NCBI GenBank assembly: GCA_041690135.1
Contig: JAWLHY010000001.1
Coordinates: 1,216,001-1,280,000 of the forward strand
Direction of reading: 5' to 3'
DNA from: Armatimonadota bacterium
GTDB lineage: Bacteria > Armatimonadota > SYMT01
Length of the DNA: 64,000 nt
Within the stretch, counting starts at the first letter, position 1, and the number at the start of each line of letters is the position of its first letter. A program made the position numbers and the translations under genes. Below are positions 1-9,463 of the stretch, one piece after another. Under the pieces are notes generated by a model. The model was given only the letters and a program-made list of their open reading frames with translations. It did not search any database and had not been told where the DNA came from.

Positions 1-870
1 CGGACTACAAGAGTAGACATCGTACTGGTTGTCCCGGTCGGAGACCCAGGTGAGGGTACGCCCGTCCGGCTTCCAGGCGGGTGAGAAGTCATAACCGGGG
101 TAGTCGCTCACGTTGCGGAGACCGGACCCGTCCAGATTGACCACGTAAATCTCCGGGTTGGTGTCTCGCATGCTCACGAAGGCCATCCGCTTGCCGTCCG
201 GAGACCAGGCCGGGCTCACGTCGGTGGCGGGATGTTCCGTGAGGCGCTTGACGTCGGTGCCGTCCGCCGCCATCACGTAGATCTCGAAGTTGCCGTCCCG
301 GTTGCTGTTGAAGGCGATCTGCTTCCCATCCGGCGACCAGCGAGGATACTGCTTGAGGCTGGGGTCGGAGGTAAGGCGCCGGAGATTGCCGCCATCAGGG
401 GCGGCCTGGTAGATCTCCTGTGTCTTGTCTTTGGTAGTGGTAAAGAGGAGGCTCTTCCCGTCGGGCGACCAGGCCGGGAAGTTCTCGAACGATTTACCGG
501 GAATAGGCACCAGGTGCTTGCGCGCGGAGCCGTCCTCCGCCATCTCATGAATGTCCAGTTCCCCATCGGTACCGGACTGCGTGACGTGGATGAACACCAG
601 ACGTTTGCCGTCCGGCGACCAGGATGGCGACCGCTCCACGGGATCCTTCGTTAACACTCGCCAAGCGGCCGCACTGGGGTCGAATTCCAACACGGCAATC
701 CCGATCCGGCCCGTCTGGTGATAATAGCTACAGGCCAGCTTCTTACCATCGGGCGACCAGGCCAGGTCTTCCTTTCGCTTGCCATCGTGCGTGAGGCGAG
801 TGATGGGGCTTGCGGCTGTGATGGGTCCGAAGCCCAATGCCACCATGAGGGTGCAGAGGGCGCCAACCAT
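1..870 (-). CDS. TolB-like beta-propeller protein (PD40 repeats); 3' end runs off the window
   Basis: Minus strand from ATG 870 reads MVGALCTLMVALGFGPITAASPITRLTHDGKRKEDLAWSPDGKK..., with repeated WSPDG motifs and NRDGNFEIYVMAADG. Not in the ORF track because it has no stop inside the window. Confidence 0.85.
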   Translation of the reverse strand, partial: MVGALCTLMVALGFGPITAASPITRLTHDGKRKEDLAWSPDGKKLACSYYHQTGRIGIAVLEFDPSAAAWRVLTKDPVERSPSWSPDGKRLVFIHVTQSGTDGELDIHEMAEDGSARKHLVPIPGKSFENFPAWSPDGKSLLFTTTKDKTQEIYQAAPDGGNLRRLTSDPSLKQYPRWSPDGKQIAFNSNRDGNFEIYVMAADGTDVKRLTEHPATDVSPAWSPDGKRMAFVSMRDTNPEIYVVNLDGSGLRNVSDYPGYDFSPAWKPDGRTLTWVSDRDNQYDVYSCSP

Positions 871-963
871 TACGGCAACAGCCCGCTGATTATGCTGGGG
901 CGGGGTCAATCTCTTTGACGTTTCGTGCGGCACTCGGGTCAGTTTCACAGTTGTTGCCCTCTG

Positions 964-1048
964 CCGCCCCTCCGGGGCTCGTTCGAGTTGGCGTCAAATT
1001 CCGGGGGTTTGCCACCCCCGGCTATCCTCTCTCCGCCCCTCCGGGGCT
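964..1048. repeat. REP-like palindrome cluster
   Basis: CCGCCCCTCCGGGGCT at 964-979 and 1033-1048 flank the hairpin CCGGGGGT-TTGCC-ACCCCCGG (1001-1021). Confidence 0.7.
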
Positions 1049-1207
1049 ACAAAGTCGGCAATCGCCGCACACTGAGCTGTGCAGGTTCCGTAATGCGCTG
1101 CAAGCTTCCAAACCTTGAGCCGCCGAGGGGGTGCCAGATCACGTCAGGACCCTCTTGCACCCACCTGCAATTTCCGGATCCCTAACCCCTGTCCCCCGAG
1201 GGGGGCT

Positions 1208-1377
1208 TCAACCTGCCAACCTACAAGCCTGCAGCAACCCGTGGCAATGCGTACCCGCACCAGTTCCAAGGGTCCCAACTTTCAACCTTCAACCTGCCAA
1301 CCTGCAACTTTTTTGTAACCCCTGGCGATACCGTACCCCAACAGTTTCCAGGTCCCCAACCTTCAACCTTCCAACTC
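1208..1377. repeat. Degenerate ~81-bp tandem duplication built on CAACCT(T/G) short repeats
   Basis: TTCAACCTGCCAACCT...AACCCgTGGC...CGTACCC...CAGTT...CCCAAC occurs twice (about 1208 and 1288), with a partial third start. Confidence 0.65.
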
Positions 1378-1405
1378 AGATCCAGCCCTCGCCAATAAGT
1401 ACCCA

Positions 1406-2731
1406 CTAAAGTAGCTCCTGGATGGGTTCGCCTTCCACCGGTAGACCGAGCGCCAGCACATCGGTGCGGGTGATGCCGACCGCCTCGAGCATCGTGAGGC
1501 AGAAATCGGCGGGGGTAACCGGTCGGGAAGCGGGGTATTCGCCGCGGTCATCACTGATGCCCACGACCTGGCCGCCGCGAACACCCGCTCCGGCCATCAG
1601 GGCGGAGTAGCAGTTCTGCCAGTGGTCACGCCCGGCGTTGGGATTGATCTTGGGGGTCCGCCCGAACTCACCGGCCGCCACTACGAGCGTGTCTTCCAGC
1701 AGGCCTCGCTGGCTAAGGTCGTCCAGGAGCGCCGCACATGCCTGGTCGAAGGGCCAGCACTGCCGTTCGGCCAGCATTTCGAAGTTGCGGTAGTGGTTAT
1801 CCCAACCGCCGTCGCCGGCGTCTTCCTCCGCCTCCACGTGCTGGCTCCAGTTGACCTGGACGAACGGAACGCCCGCCTCCACCAGGCGGCGGGCCAGCAG
1901 GCAACTCTGGCCGAAGCGGTGGCGGCCATAGTTGTTCCGGAGTTTGTCGCTCTCGCGGCCCAGGTCGAACACCTGGCGCCCCTCGCCACTGGTCATCAGG
2001 GAGAAGGCCTGCCGGTAAAAGCGGTCGAGCGCCTCCGTTTCCCGGTTCTGCAGCAAATCCGCCCCGGCAGCCTCCCGCAGCAGCTTCTGCCGCCGTTCGA
2101 TGCGGTCGCCGCCGAGGCCGTCCGGAGGAGCCACTTCTCCCAGCAGAACTCCTACCGCCGGATCGTACTTCACCCGGAACGGATCGTACACGGCGCCCAG
2201 GAGGCCGCCACCCTCTCCCTGAATGGGCCGATGGCCCTGGTGGAGACGGTCCCCGATCGTTACGAACGACGAGAGCACGGGGTGCATCCCGCGAATGCGG
2301 GCCGCCACCGCGCCGACGTGCGGATAGACCACCCCCGCCTGCGGATTCCGGCCGGTCATCTGGATGGTGCCGGCCAGGCCGTGGTCGTTGGTTCCGTGGT
2401 GAAGCGTGCGGACCAGGGAATAGTGGTGAGCGCGGCGGGACAGTCGCGGAAGCAGCTCGGTGACGCGGATGCCGGAGACATTGGTCTCGATAGGTTGGTA
2501 AGGACCGCGGTACTCGGCGGGGGCTTCCGGCTTCGGGTCGAAGGTGTCCAGGTGCGGCGGGCCGCCCCACAGCCAAAGGAGAATGATGGAGCGCGGCCGG
2601 TCGAGATGTGCGGCCAGGGCGGCATGCTGGGGCAGCGAAAGGCCAAGAGCGCTCAGGAAACCGGCCTGGACGAGCGCGCGGCGGGTGATGCCCCGGCAGT
2701 TTCTCTGTCTGGTCTCGCCAATCAGCAACAT
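1406..2731 (-). CDS. DUF1501 domain protein
   Basis: N-terminal CxGxTRR Tat-like leader; LWLWGGPPHLDTFDPKP; ARRLVEAGVPFV; GEFGRTPKIN..GRDHW. Start placed at ATG 2731. Confidence 0.9.
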   Translation of the reverse strand: MLLIGETRQRNCRGITRRALVQAGFLSALGLSLPQHAALAAHLDRPRSIILLWLWGGPPHLDTFDPKPEAPAEYRGPYQPIETNVSGIRVTELLPRLSRRAHHYSLVRTLHHGTNDHGLAGTIQMTGRNPQAGVVYPHVGAVAARIRGMHPVLSSFVTIGDRLHQGHRPIQGEGGGLLGAVYDPFRVKYDPAVGVLLGEVAPPDGLGGDRIERRQKLLREAAGADLLQNRETEALDRFYRQAFSLMTSGEGRQVFDLGRESDKLRNNYGRHRFGQSCLLARRLVEAGVPFVQVNWSQHVEAEEDAGDGGWDNHYRNFEMLAERQCWPFDQACAALLDDLSQRGLLEDTLVVAAGEFGRTPKINPNAGRDHWQNCYSALMAGAGVRGGQVVGISDDRGEYPASRPVTPADFCLTMLEAVGITRTDVLALGLPVEGEPIQELL

Positions 2732-2967
2732 ACGCAGTTTGAACCCCAGCCCAACAGCCAGTTTCAGCAAAGAGCAGGCGAACGAGGGTCTTTGGATTCA
2801 CACGAACGAGACCGATAATCTCTCGGACCGCGCGCAATCGGGAATAATCCTTCTAAAGAACGAGCCGAAAGCAGGGGATCAGGCCGGCTTCCTGTAAGTC
2901 TCAGATCAAAGGCGCGTTTGAAGGTAGCTGCTCCGAGTCGTTCGCCCCGCGTCGAAAGGAAGCTGTT

Positions 2968-4956
2968 TTGTCACTCGCCTCCGCAGCCCGAATCCACAGC
3001 CCCAGGCGTTCCTTTACCAGTGAGGTGTTTTGCCTGGTCCGCCCTGTGCTGTTGGCCGGCGTTGCCAATGCGCTGCTTTTCTTCTCCGTGGATCGCACCC
3101 AGCCCTGGACGGTAATCTCCGCGGTGATGGGTATGGCGTTGCTAGGGGCGGTTTTGACCCGGCAACTGAACCAGATCCTGTCCCTCGAACGCGAAGTGGC
3201 CCAGAAGGCGGACCAGCTTTCCGTGTTCACGGAGATCGTGTCGTCGCTGAACGCCAACTCCAACCTCGGCAGCACCCTGGGCACGGTTCTGGATCGCCTT
3301 CGGGCCACCATGCAGGCCGATGCGGCAGCAGTCTGGTTGCCGGCTGCGGACGATAACGGACGGCTGGTCCTGGTCGAAGAGAGGGGTCTGCCGGATCCCG
3401 AGCAGGAGGGCGAAATTCTGCACCTGCTCGAGGCCGCGGTAAACCAGAGCGGGTCGCGACTGCTCCGCCATACGTTGGTGTTCCACGACCTTCCCGGCGG
3501 TGGGTCCTCCGCGCGCTGCCTGACCGTGCGGATGGGCTGGGAGGGGGAAGACCTGGGCTATATTTCACTGATGAAGGCGGAAGGAGAGTTCACGGACGCG
3601 GAGGGGGCCATCCTTTCCGCGGTGGGGAACGACATCGCCGGAGCCCTGCGCAGCATCCGGCTGCTGAGTGAGGCCCGACGCTTGGCGGATAAGGACCCGG
3701 TGACTGGTCTCTTCAACCACCGTACCGCCTATCGACGCCTCCACACGGAGCTGGAGCGGCACATTCGCACGGACAAGCCCATGTCCGTGCTGATGATGGA
3801 TCTGGACAACTTCAAGCTCTTCAACGACACCTACGGCCATCCGGCGGGCGATGAAGTGTTGAAGCGCGTCTCCAGCCTGCTGCGGAAGTCCTGCCGGGAA
3901 ACGGATACTGTCGCCCGCTATGGCGGGGATGAGTTCCTGGTCATCCTACCGGAGACCAGTCTTCGGCAGGCAGTGCGCTGCGCGGAGCGGATCCAGGCTA
4001 ACCTGGCGCGCGAGCGTTTTCGCTGCGAGGACTCGGCCCCCCTCCCCATCGGGTTCAGTTACGGCATTGCATCTTTTCCCGACGATGCCCGCGAGGTGAT
4101 GGAGCTGGTTTCCACCGCGGACGCCAACCTCTACCAGTCCAAAACGGCCGGAGGTAACCAGATTACCGCCCGAGGTAACGCGCCAACCGACAACAGCCTG
4201 GTGTACGTCAAGGGCTTCGACCTGTTCCGCGCGATGGTGGCCGCCATCGACAACAAAGACGGTTATACTCGCAAGCACAGTGAGGAAGTGACCAGTTATT
4301 CGCTGGAGATTGCCAAAGCCATGGAACTGGGCGACGAGATGCTCCAGACGATCCAGGTTTCCGGACTGCTCCACGACGTGGGCAAGATCGGAGTGCCGGA
4401 CCACATCCTGCGTAAGCCCGGGCGGCTGACCGACGAGGAGTTCCACGTGATGCAGCAGCATCCGGTGTTCGGCGCGCTCATCGTGGGGGCGATCCCCGGG
4501 ATGGATCACGTGGTCCTGGGGGTTCGGCATCACCACGAGCGCTTTGACGGACGGGGTTATCCGGACCGGTTAGCCGGAGACCAGATCCCGCTCATCGGAC
4601 GGATCATGGCGGTGGCGGATGCCTACTCCGCCATGACGACCACCCGTCCCTACCGGAAAGGCCTGACGGAACGCCAGGCCCTGGGTGAGATCCAGAAGGG
4701 GTTGGGTACGCAGTTCGATCCCGAGATCGGAGCATTGTTCATCCGGCTGCGCGAATCAGCGGTTGAGAAAGACGGCGACTGCAGAGCCGATGAATCTGCG
4801 GCTTCACCCGTAAAGACAAAGGGAGCCCGACGTAAGACCTCGCCCAAGACCGAATCTGCGAGGGTGAACGGAGAGGGGGAGGTGCTCCCGACGATGGAAG
4901 CATCTCTGGAACGGCCCCAGGCGACCGGCACGGAGGCCGCTCCTGCGGCCTGCTGA
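2968..4956 (+). CDS. Membrane-anchored GAF-GGDEF-HD-GYP diguanylate cyclase/phosphodiesterase
   Basis: Two N-terminal TM segments; DLDNFKLFNDTYGH; RETD I-site plus RYGGDEF; LLHDVGKIG; HHERFDGRGYP. Confidence 0.92.
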   Translation: MSLASAARIHSPRRSFTSEVFCLVRPVLLAGVANALLFFSVDRTQPWTVISAVMGMALLGAVLTRQLNQILSLEREVAQKADQLSVFTEIVSSLNANSNLGSTLGTVLDRLRATMQADAAAVWLPAADDNGRLVLVEERGLPDPEQEGEILHLLEAAVNQSGSRLLRHTLVFHDLPGGGSSARCLTVRMGWEGEDLGYISLMKAEGEFTDAEGAILSAVGNDIAGALRSIRLLSEARRLADKDPVTGLFNHRTAYRRLHTELERHIRTDKPMSVLMMDLDNFKLFNDTYGHPAGDEVLKRVSSLLRKSCRETDTVARYGGDEFLVILPETSLRQAVRCAERIQANLARERFRCEDSAPLPIGFSYGIASFPDDAREVMELVSTADANLYQSKTAGGNQITARGNAPTDNSLVYVKGFDLFRAMVAAIDNKDGYTRKHSEEVTSYSLEIAKAMELGDEMLQTIQVSGLLHDVGKIGVPDHILRKPGRLTDEEFHVMQQHPVFGALIVGAIPGMDHVVLGVRHHHERFDGRGYPDRLAGDQIPLIGRIMAVADAYSAMTTTRPYRKGLTERQALGEIQKGLGTQFDPEIGALFIRLRESAVEKDGDCRADESAASPVKTKGARRKTSPKTESARVNGEGEVLPTMEASLERPQATGTEAAPAAC

Positions 4957-4993
4957 TTCTGCGCCCGAAGGGTTCTCTGAGCTTAAATATCTG

Positions 4994-6277
4994 ATGCAAG
5001 TCAAACTCGATTACGGCCGCGACGGCCTCGATGTCCAGATTCCCGATCGCAATCTGGAAGCCATCCTCACCCTGAACCATGCGCGGCCAGTGGCGGACGG
5101 CGGTATGGCCGTGCGCGACGCACTGCAGCGGCCGGTCGGCTGCCCGCCGTTAGCAGCCCTGGCGCGTGGCCGCGAATCCGCCTGCGTGGTCATTTCCGAC
5201 ATCACCCGACCCGTGCCCAACCGCGTGATTCTGCCACCCCTCCTGGGCACGTTGGAGATGTGCGGGATCCCTCGCGAGAAGATCACGATTCTCGTGGCCA
5301 CCGGTACCCACCGGGCCTGTACGGCTGCCGAATTGGAGGAGATGGTCGGGCCCAACATCGTGGCGGGCTACCGGATTGAGAACCACGATGCGCGGGACCC
5401 AGAAACACACCGCTACCTGGGTGAGACTCCACGGGGCGTGCCGATGTGGGTCGATACTCGCTTTCTCGACGCCGACCTGAAGATCTCGGTGGCGTTGATC
5501 GAACCCCATTTCATGGCCGGCTTTTCCGGCGGCCGCAAGTCGATCTGCCCCGGAATCTGCTCGATGGAAACGGTCAAGGTCTGGCACGGTCCCCGGTTCA
5601 TTGGGCACGAACGTTCGGATAGCGGGTCGGTAGACGGCAATCCCGTCCACGAGGACGCGCTCTACGTGGCAGGGAAGGCCGGCCTGGAGTTCATTTGCGA
5701 TGTCACCATCGATGCTGCTCGCAGCATCACCGGGGTGTATGCGGGTAGCCCGGAAGCGGCCTGGCTCAAAGGGGTGGGCGCGGTACGGAGCGTGGCGCAG
5801 GCGGAGTTGGAGCAGCCTGCGGATATCGTGGTGACGAGCACGGCTGGTTACCCGCTGGACCAGACCTTCTATCAGGCGGTAAAGGGAATGGTGGGAGCCC
5901 TTCCGGCGCTCAAGGAGGGCGGAACGATCATCATCGCCTCCGAGTGTGCCGAGGGGATCGGCGGTGACGAGTTTACGCGCACCCTGCTGGAGAACGACGA
6001 TCTGGAAGCGGTGGTCGAGAAGACCTACGATCCTGCGTTCTTCGTTCCGGACCAGTGGCAGGTCCATGAGTTGCTTAAAGCGGTGCGGAAGGCCGAGATC
6101 CTGATGTTTACCGAGGGCATCTCCGCGGACCAGCTCTCCCGTTGCTTTGTCACCCCCATCTCCACGGTGGAAGAGGGCATCCGGCAGGCGATTGAGAAGC
6201 ACGGCTTCCGCTCCCGGATTGCGGTGATCCCCAAAGGACCCTATGTGATGCCCGTGGTAAAGGGATCCGACCAGTAA
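4994..6277 (+). CDS. larA: Nickel-pincer-dependent lactate racemase family protein
   Basis: SDITRPVP, ATGTHR, NHD, EPHFMAGFSGGRKSICPG, GYPLDQTFYQAVKG and ECAEGIG motifs. Confidence 0.88.
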   Translation: MQVKLDYGRDGLDVQIPDRNLEAILTLNHARPVADGGMAVRDALQRPVGCPPLAALARGRESACVVISDITRPVPNRVILPPLLGTLEMCGIPREKITILVATGTHRACTAAELEEMVGPNIVAGYRIENHDARDPETHRYLGETPRGVPMWVDTRFLDADLKISVALIEPHFMAGFSGGRKSICPGICSMETVKVWHGPRFIGHERSDSGSVDGNPVHEDALYVAGKAGLEFICDVTIDAARSITGVYAGSPEAAWLKGVGAVRSVAQAELEQPADIVVTSTAGYPLDQTFYQAVKGMVGALPALKEGGTIIIASECAEGIGGDEFTRTLLENDDLEAVVEKTYDPAFFVPDQWQVHELLKAVRKAEILMFTEGISADQLSRCFVTPISTVEEGIRQAIEKHGFRSRIAVIPKGPYVMPVVKGSDQ

Positions 6278-6349
6278 CGCCTACCGCCAGGGGGAAGGGG
6301 CGCTGGCCATCCGGGCGCGGCTCGTGAAAACGGTCGCGCTCCGGATATT

Positions 6350-6787
6350 CTAGACGGACCAGCGAATTTCATCGAGGGGCTTATCCGTTCCCGCTCGGCG
6401 CTCCTGATCCCACGCGCGGAAGCGATCCTCCAACCACTTTTCCTGGGCCTCGGTCAGACCGACCCAACGCATCCCCACGCGCCCCTCGCACGACCAGACC
6501 ACCTCCGCCTCCAGTTCCTGCGTCCAGTGGACCAGGGCGTCCGTGAGCAGGAGCTGCAGGCGATCCCCGCTGCGGAGTGGGGATCGGGACGTCAGGCTGA
6601 CACCGCCGTGGCTGACGTCGTGGATCTGTGCCGCCAAGCTGCTGACGCGGAGGGGCGGCGCCGGGATGCGCGGATGCTGCCGGCGGGCAGCCCCCCGGAG
6701 ATCTCTACCTTCACTTGCGGACATACCGGGTGCTCTTCCAAAAAGGGCGTGAGCGTCCGTCCGGTGTACCGGATGGACGACAACCAA
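6350..6787 (-). CDS. PilZ domain protein
   Basis: RQHPR (RxxxR) and DVSHGG (DxSxxG) motifs, then AEVVW..GMRW. Start is uncertain. Confidence 0.8.
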   Translation of the reverse strand: MVVVHPVHRTDAHALFGRAPGMSASEGRDLRGAARRQHPRIPAPPLRVSSLAAQIHDVSHGGVSLTSRSPLRSGDRLQLLLTDALVHWTQELEAEVVWSCEGRVGMRWVGLTEAQEKWLEDRFRAWDQERRAGTDKPLDEIRWSV

Positions 6788-6969
6788 ACGTCTTTCTCTC
6801 TTTCTCCCGAGCCGCCCCCATCTCCTCCTTTCGATGGAAGCTGTGTGCGTCGTTTCACGGTCTTCTCACTTCGGGTAGCATCTGTTGCGCAACTCGGGGT
6901 TCGCTCCCTTCACAAGTCAGGACGGCTCCGGGCGCGCGGCATATTCCGGCGGGGGAGAGGGAGTAGGGC

Positions 6970-8148
6970 GTGCGCACCACGAAGAGGTTGCCGTGGGCCA
7001 GATGGGGACTGATTCTGACCGCGTTACTGGCGGCGGGCTGGTTGCTCTGGGCGGGCCGGGGCATCTGGTTTCCGGTGTCCATCGCCTTTGTGATTGCGAT
7101 GGTGCTCGACCCGTATGTCGATCGTCTGGAGAACCGTGGCTTCTCCCGCAGTAGAGCGACCGGATTGGTGTTCCTGCTTTTCCTCACGCTGACGGCGGGC
7201 CCGGTCCTTCTGTTGACACCGGTGCTCAGCCAGCAGGCTACCTCCATCGCCGGCGACCTTGGAGGCCTGTTCCCTGATTCGGGGGAGCCTGACCTGGTGC
7301 CTGCCATCCGGCGGGTGCTGACGCGGTTGGAAGCCCATCCGGCCCTGCGCGACGCGCTTCTCGACGCCGCGCGCACGGGTACCGAGCGGCTCTCGACCAC
7401 TCTCCAAAGGACCTCCGAACTCGTGCTTCTCTGGGCGCCGAACCTGGTATGGTTCCTGGTGGTTCCCGTGCTGGCGTTCTATCTTCTGAACGACTTTCAC
7501 CGGATCTACGCCAAGGCGATTCTGCTGGTTCCGGCTCGACATCGTCCGGAGACGCAGGAAATTATCGCGGAGATAAGTGCGCTCTTCGGGAAGTATATTC
7601 GCGGTCTTGCCTTCCTTTGCGCTCTGCTGGGACTGGGGATCGCGGGTTTGCTGCTCGGCCTGGGTGTGCGGTACTGGCAGTTTCTCGGCCTGATTGGCGG
7701 TGTACTCTACGCGGTGCCGGTGGTCGGGCCGCTCTGCACCCTGGGATTGGTGGCCCTGGTGACGCTGGTCACCGGTTCGACATCGCAACTGCTCCTGGCC
7801 ACCGGTTCGCTGGTTTTGCTCACCCACGGTCTCTTCGACCAGATCTTGACGCCCCGGGTGCTGGGCCGGCAGGTGGGTCTGCATCCCGTCTTTACTATCC
7901 TGGCGCTTTTGCTGGGCTTCCAGATCTGGGGGATTACGGGGATGCTGGTGGCGGTGCCCTTGGCGGCCAGTATCCAGACCATCATCGTGCATCTGGTGCC
8001 CAAGCTGGGCGTGGAACTGGACCTCCGCTCCCTTCAGGAACTCCAGGAGACGGAAGAAGCCACCCGGGAGGCGCACCAGCATGCGGAAGAGCATTCCCTG
8101 GACGAGCACTTCCGTTTGAACGCGGTTGTGGAGAACGTGGAGCGTTGA
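6970..8148 (+). CDS. AI-2E (PerM) family transporter
   Basis: Multi-TM; LDPYVDRLE; LTPRVLGRQVGLHPV; WGITGMLVAVPLAA. Confidence 0.9.
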   Translation: MRTTKRLPWARWGLILTALLAAGWLLWAGRGIWFPVSIAFVIAMVLDPYVDRLENRGFSRSRATGLVFLLFLTLTAGPVLLLTPVLSQQATSIAGDLGGLFPDSGEPDLVPAIRRVLTRLEAHPALRDALLDAARTGTERLSTTLQRTSELVLLWAPNLVWFLVVPVLAFYLLNDFHRIYAKAILLVPARHRPETQEIIAEISALFGKYIRGLAFLCALLGLGIAGLLLGLGVRYWQFLGLIGGVLYAVPVVGPLCTLGLVALVTLVTGSTSQLLLATGSLVLLTHGLFDQILTPRVLGRQVGLHPVFTILALLLGFQIWGITGMLVAVPLAASIQTIIVHLVPKLGVELDLRSLQELQETEEATREAHQHAEEHSLDEHFRLNAVVENVER

Positions 8149-8220
8149 AGAGCGGCTCACGCCCTGCTCGGATCAGCGCTTCCTGTTGAGAGAGTGCATG
8201 CCGAACGGCGGGGGAAATGC

Positions 8221-8276
8221 AAGAATGGGGGAATGAGTGCGGCTCCGAACGTAGCCGCACTCATTCCCCCATTCTT
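8221..8276. terminator. Perfect 24-bp stem hairpin, likely bidirectional terminator
   Basis: AAGAATGGGGGAATGAGTGCGGCT and its exact reverse complement at 8253-8276 lie between convergent genes. Confidence 0.75.
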
Positions 8277-8322
8277 TACTTCATCCACTCGCCAGGGTCT
8301 TCCACTCCACCCGACCCATGGG

Positions 8323-9402
8323 TTAGCGGTTGACGATGACGTTGCATTCCTTGCGGACGGAGCGCTTCGCGCCGCTCAAGTCGCGGACCGTAAGGGTGAC
8401 CAGGTACGGTTGCGGCTCACCCGGACGCCCGGGGGCATCCGGGCTAGGCTTGAAGAAAGCCTTGTGAACGACCTGGCCGATGGCGTCTTCCTGAAGACCG
8501 TCGCTCTTGTCGAAGTCCCACACATACTGCAGGGGAGAAAGACCTCCCGTGGCCTGCGCGCGGAACTCGATCAACTCGCCTACGGACCGTTCTTCATCGT
8601 CGACGGGGTCCGCATTGATGGGCTCGTCGTCTACGGTGGTGCGAATCTCCCCGATCCAGAACGTGTCCTTGTAGTTGCCGAAAACGCGGATCTCCTGAAT
8701 CTTGGCGGTATCGACTTTGTCCAGGCCGTTGAACTTGACGAACGGGATGGCCACGGAATACCAACCATCCTGCGCGGACGGCAGCATCAGGTTGGGGAAG
8801 TCGGTGGCGGTGAAGGTCCCCTCTTCGCACTTGATCTGGACCTTGACGAAATCAGTATCGGGCCGCAGTTGCTCTTCCGCGGGCGCGGCTCCCGGCGCTC
8901 CCGGAAAGCCCCCTCCTGGGAACGCGCCCGGAAAGCCGCCGATCTCCCCGGGGGCTCCTCCCTCGGCAAAGGCGCCACCGCTCCCCGGGCTTGCCGGGGC
9001 TCCCCCTGAACCCGGATAACCCATTTCCGGATTGTTGTTCTCCTGCTGCCGTTCCTTCTTCTTGCCGGGCTGGAACTTCACGACAAACTCGAGGAAGCCG
9101 AACGGGTCATTCTTAACGGCGGAGATATCTTTGGGCTCCTCAAACTCGATTCGGCCGCCGGCATAGTAACCGTTGGTTTCGACTTTGATGGAGGCTTCTC
9201 CAATGGTCTTGTAGGTCGCGTCCGCGGTGGCCATTCCGCTACCCCAGCCACCCAGTTTGATCCCTTCGGCGCCGGCCGCACCGCCGACATACAGGTCGAT
9301 CTGACCCGTGCCGCCCTGGGCCTGTCCCGGCACGCTGCCGGCGAGACCTACACCCAGTCCCAGCAGGCCAGCCATCCAGATCGATGCGTGAGCTCGTCGC
9401 AT
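8323..9402 (-). CDS. Secreted protein with a Gly/Pro-rich insertion and C-terminal PKD domain
   Basis: Signal peptide; LQYVWDFDKSDG..VHKAF..YLVTLTVRD is PKD-like. Confidence 0.75.
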   Translation of the reverse strand: MRRAHASIWMAGLLGLGVGLAGSVPGQAQGGTGQIDLYVGGAAGAEGIKLGGWGSGMATADATYKTIGEASIKVETNGYYAGGRIEFEEPKDISAVKNDPFGFLEFVVKFQPGKKKERQQENNNPEMGYPGSGGAPASPGSGGAFAEGGAPGEIGGFPGAFPGGGFPGAPGAAPAEEQLRPDTDFVKVQIKCEEGTFTATDFPNLMLPSAQDGWYSVAIPFVKFNGLDKVDTAKIQEIRVFGNYKDTFWIGEIRTTVDDEPINADPVDDEERSVGELIEFRAQATGGLSPLQYVWDFDKSDGLQEDAIGQVVHKAFFKPSPDAPGRPGEPQPYLVTLTVRDLSGAKRSVRKECNVIVNR

Positions 9403-9463
9403 GGTATCCGTCTCCGTCTGTTCAGTCTCGGCTCTGCAGCCGCCAATTCACAATACGCTGCGC

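Noticed and set aside
1622-2837. Long alternative ORFs over DUF1501 (and similar ones across the window, e.g. 30303-31766, 49358-50434)
   Set aside because: GC-rich shadow frames overlapping motif-supported genes.
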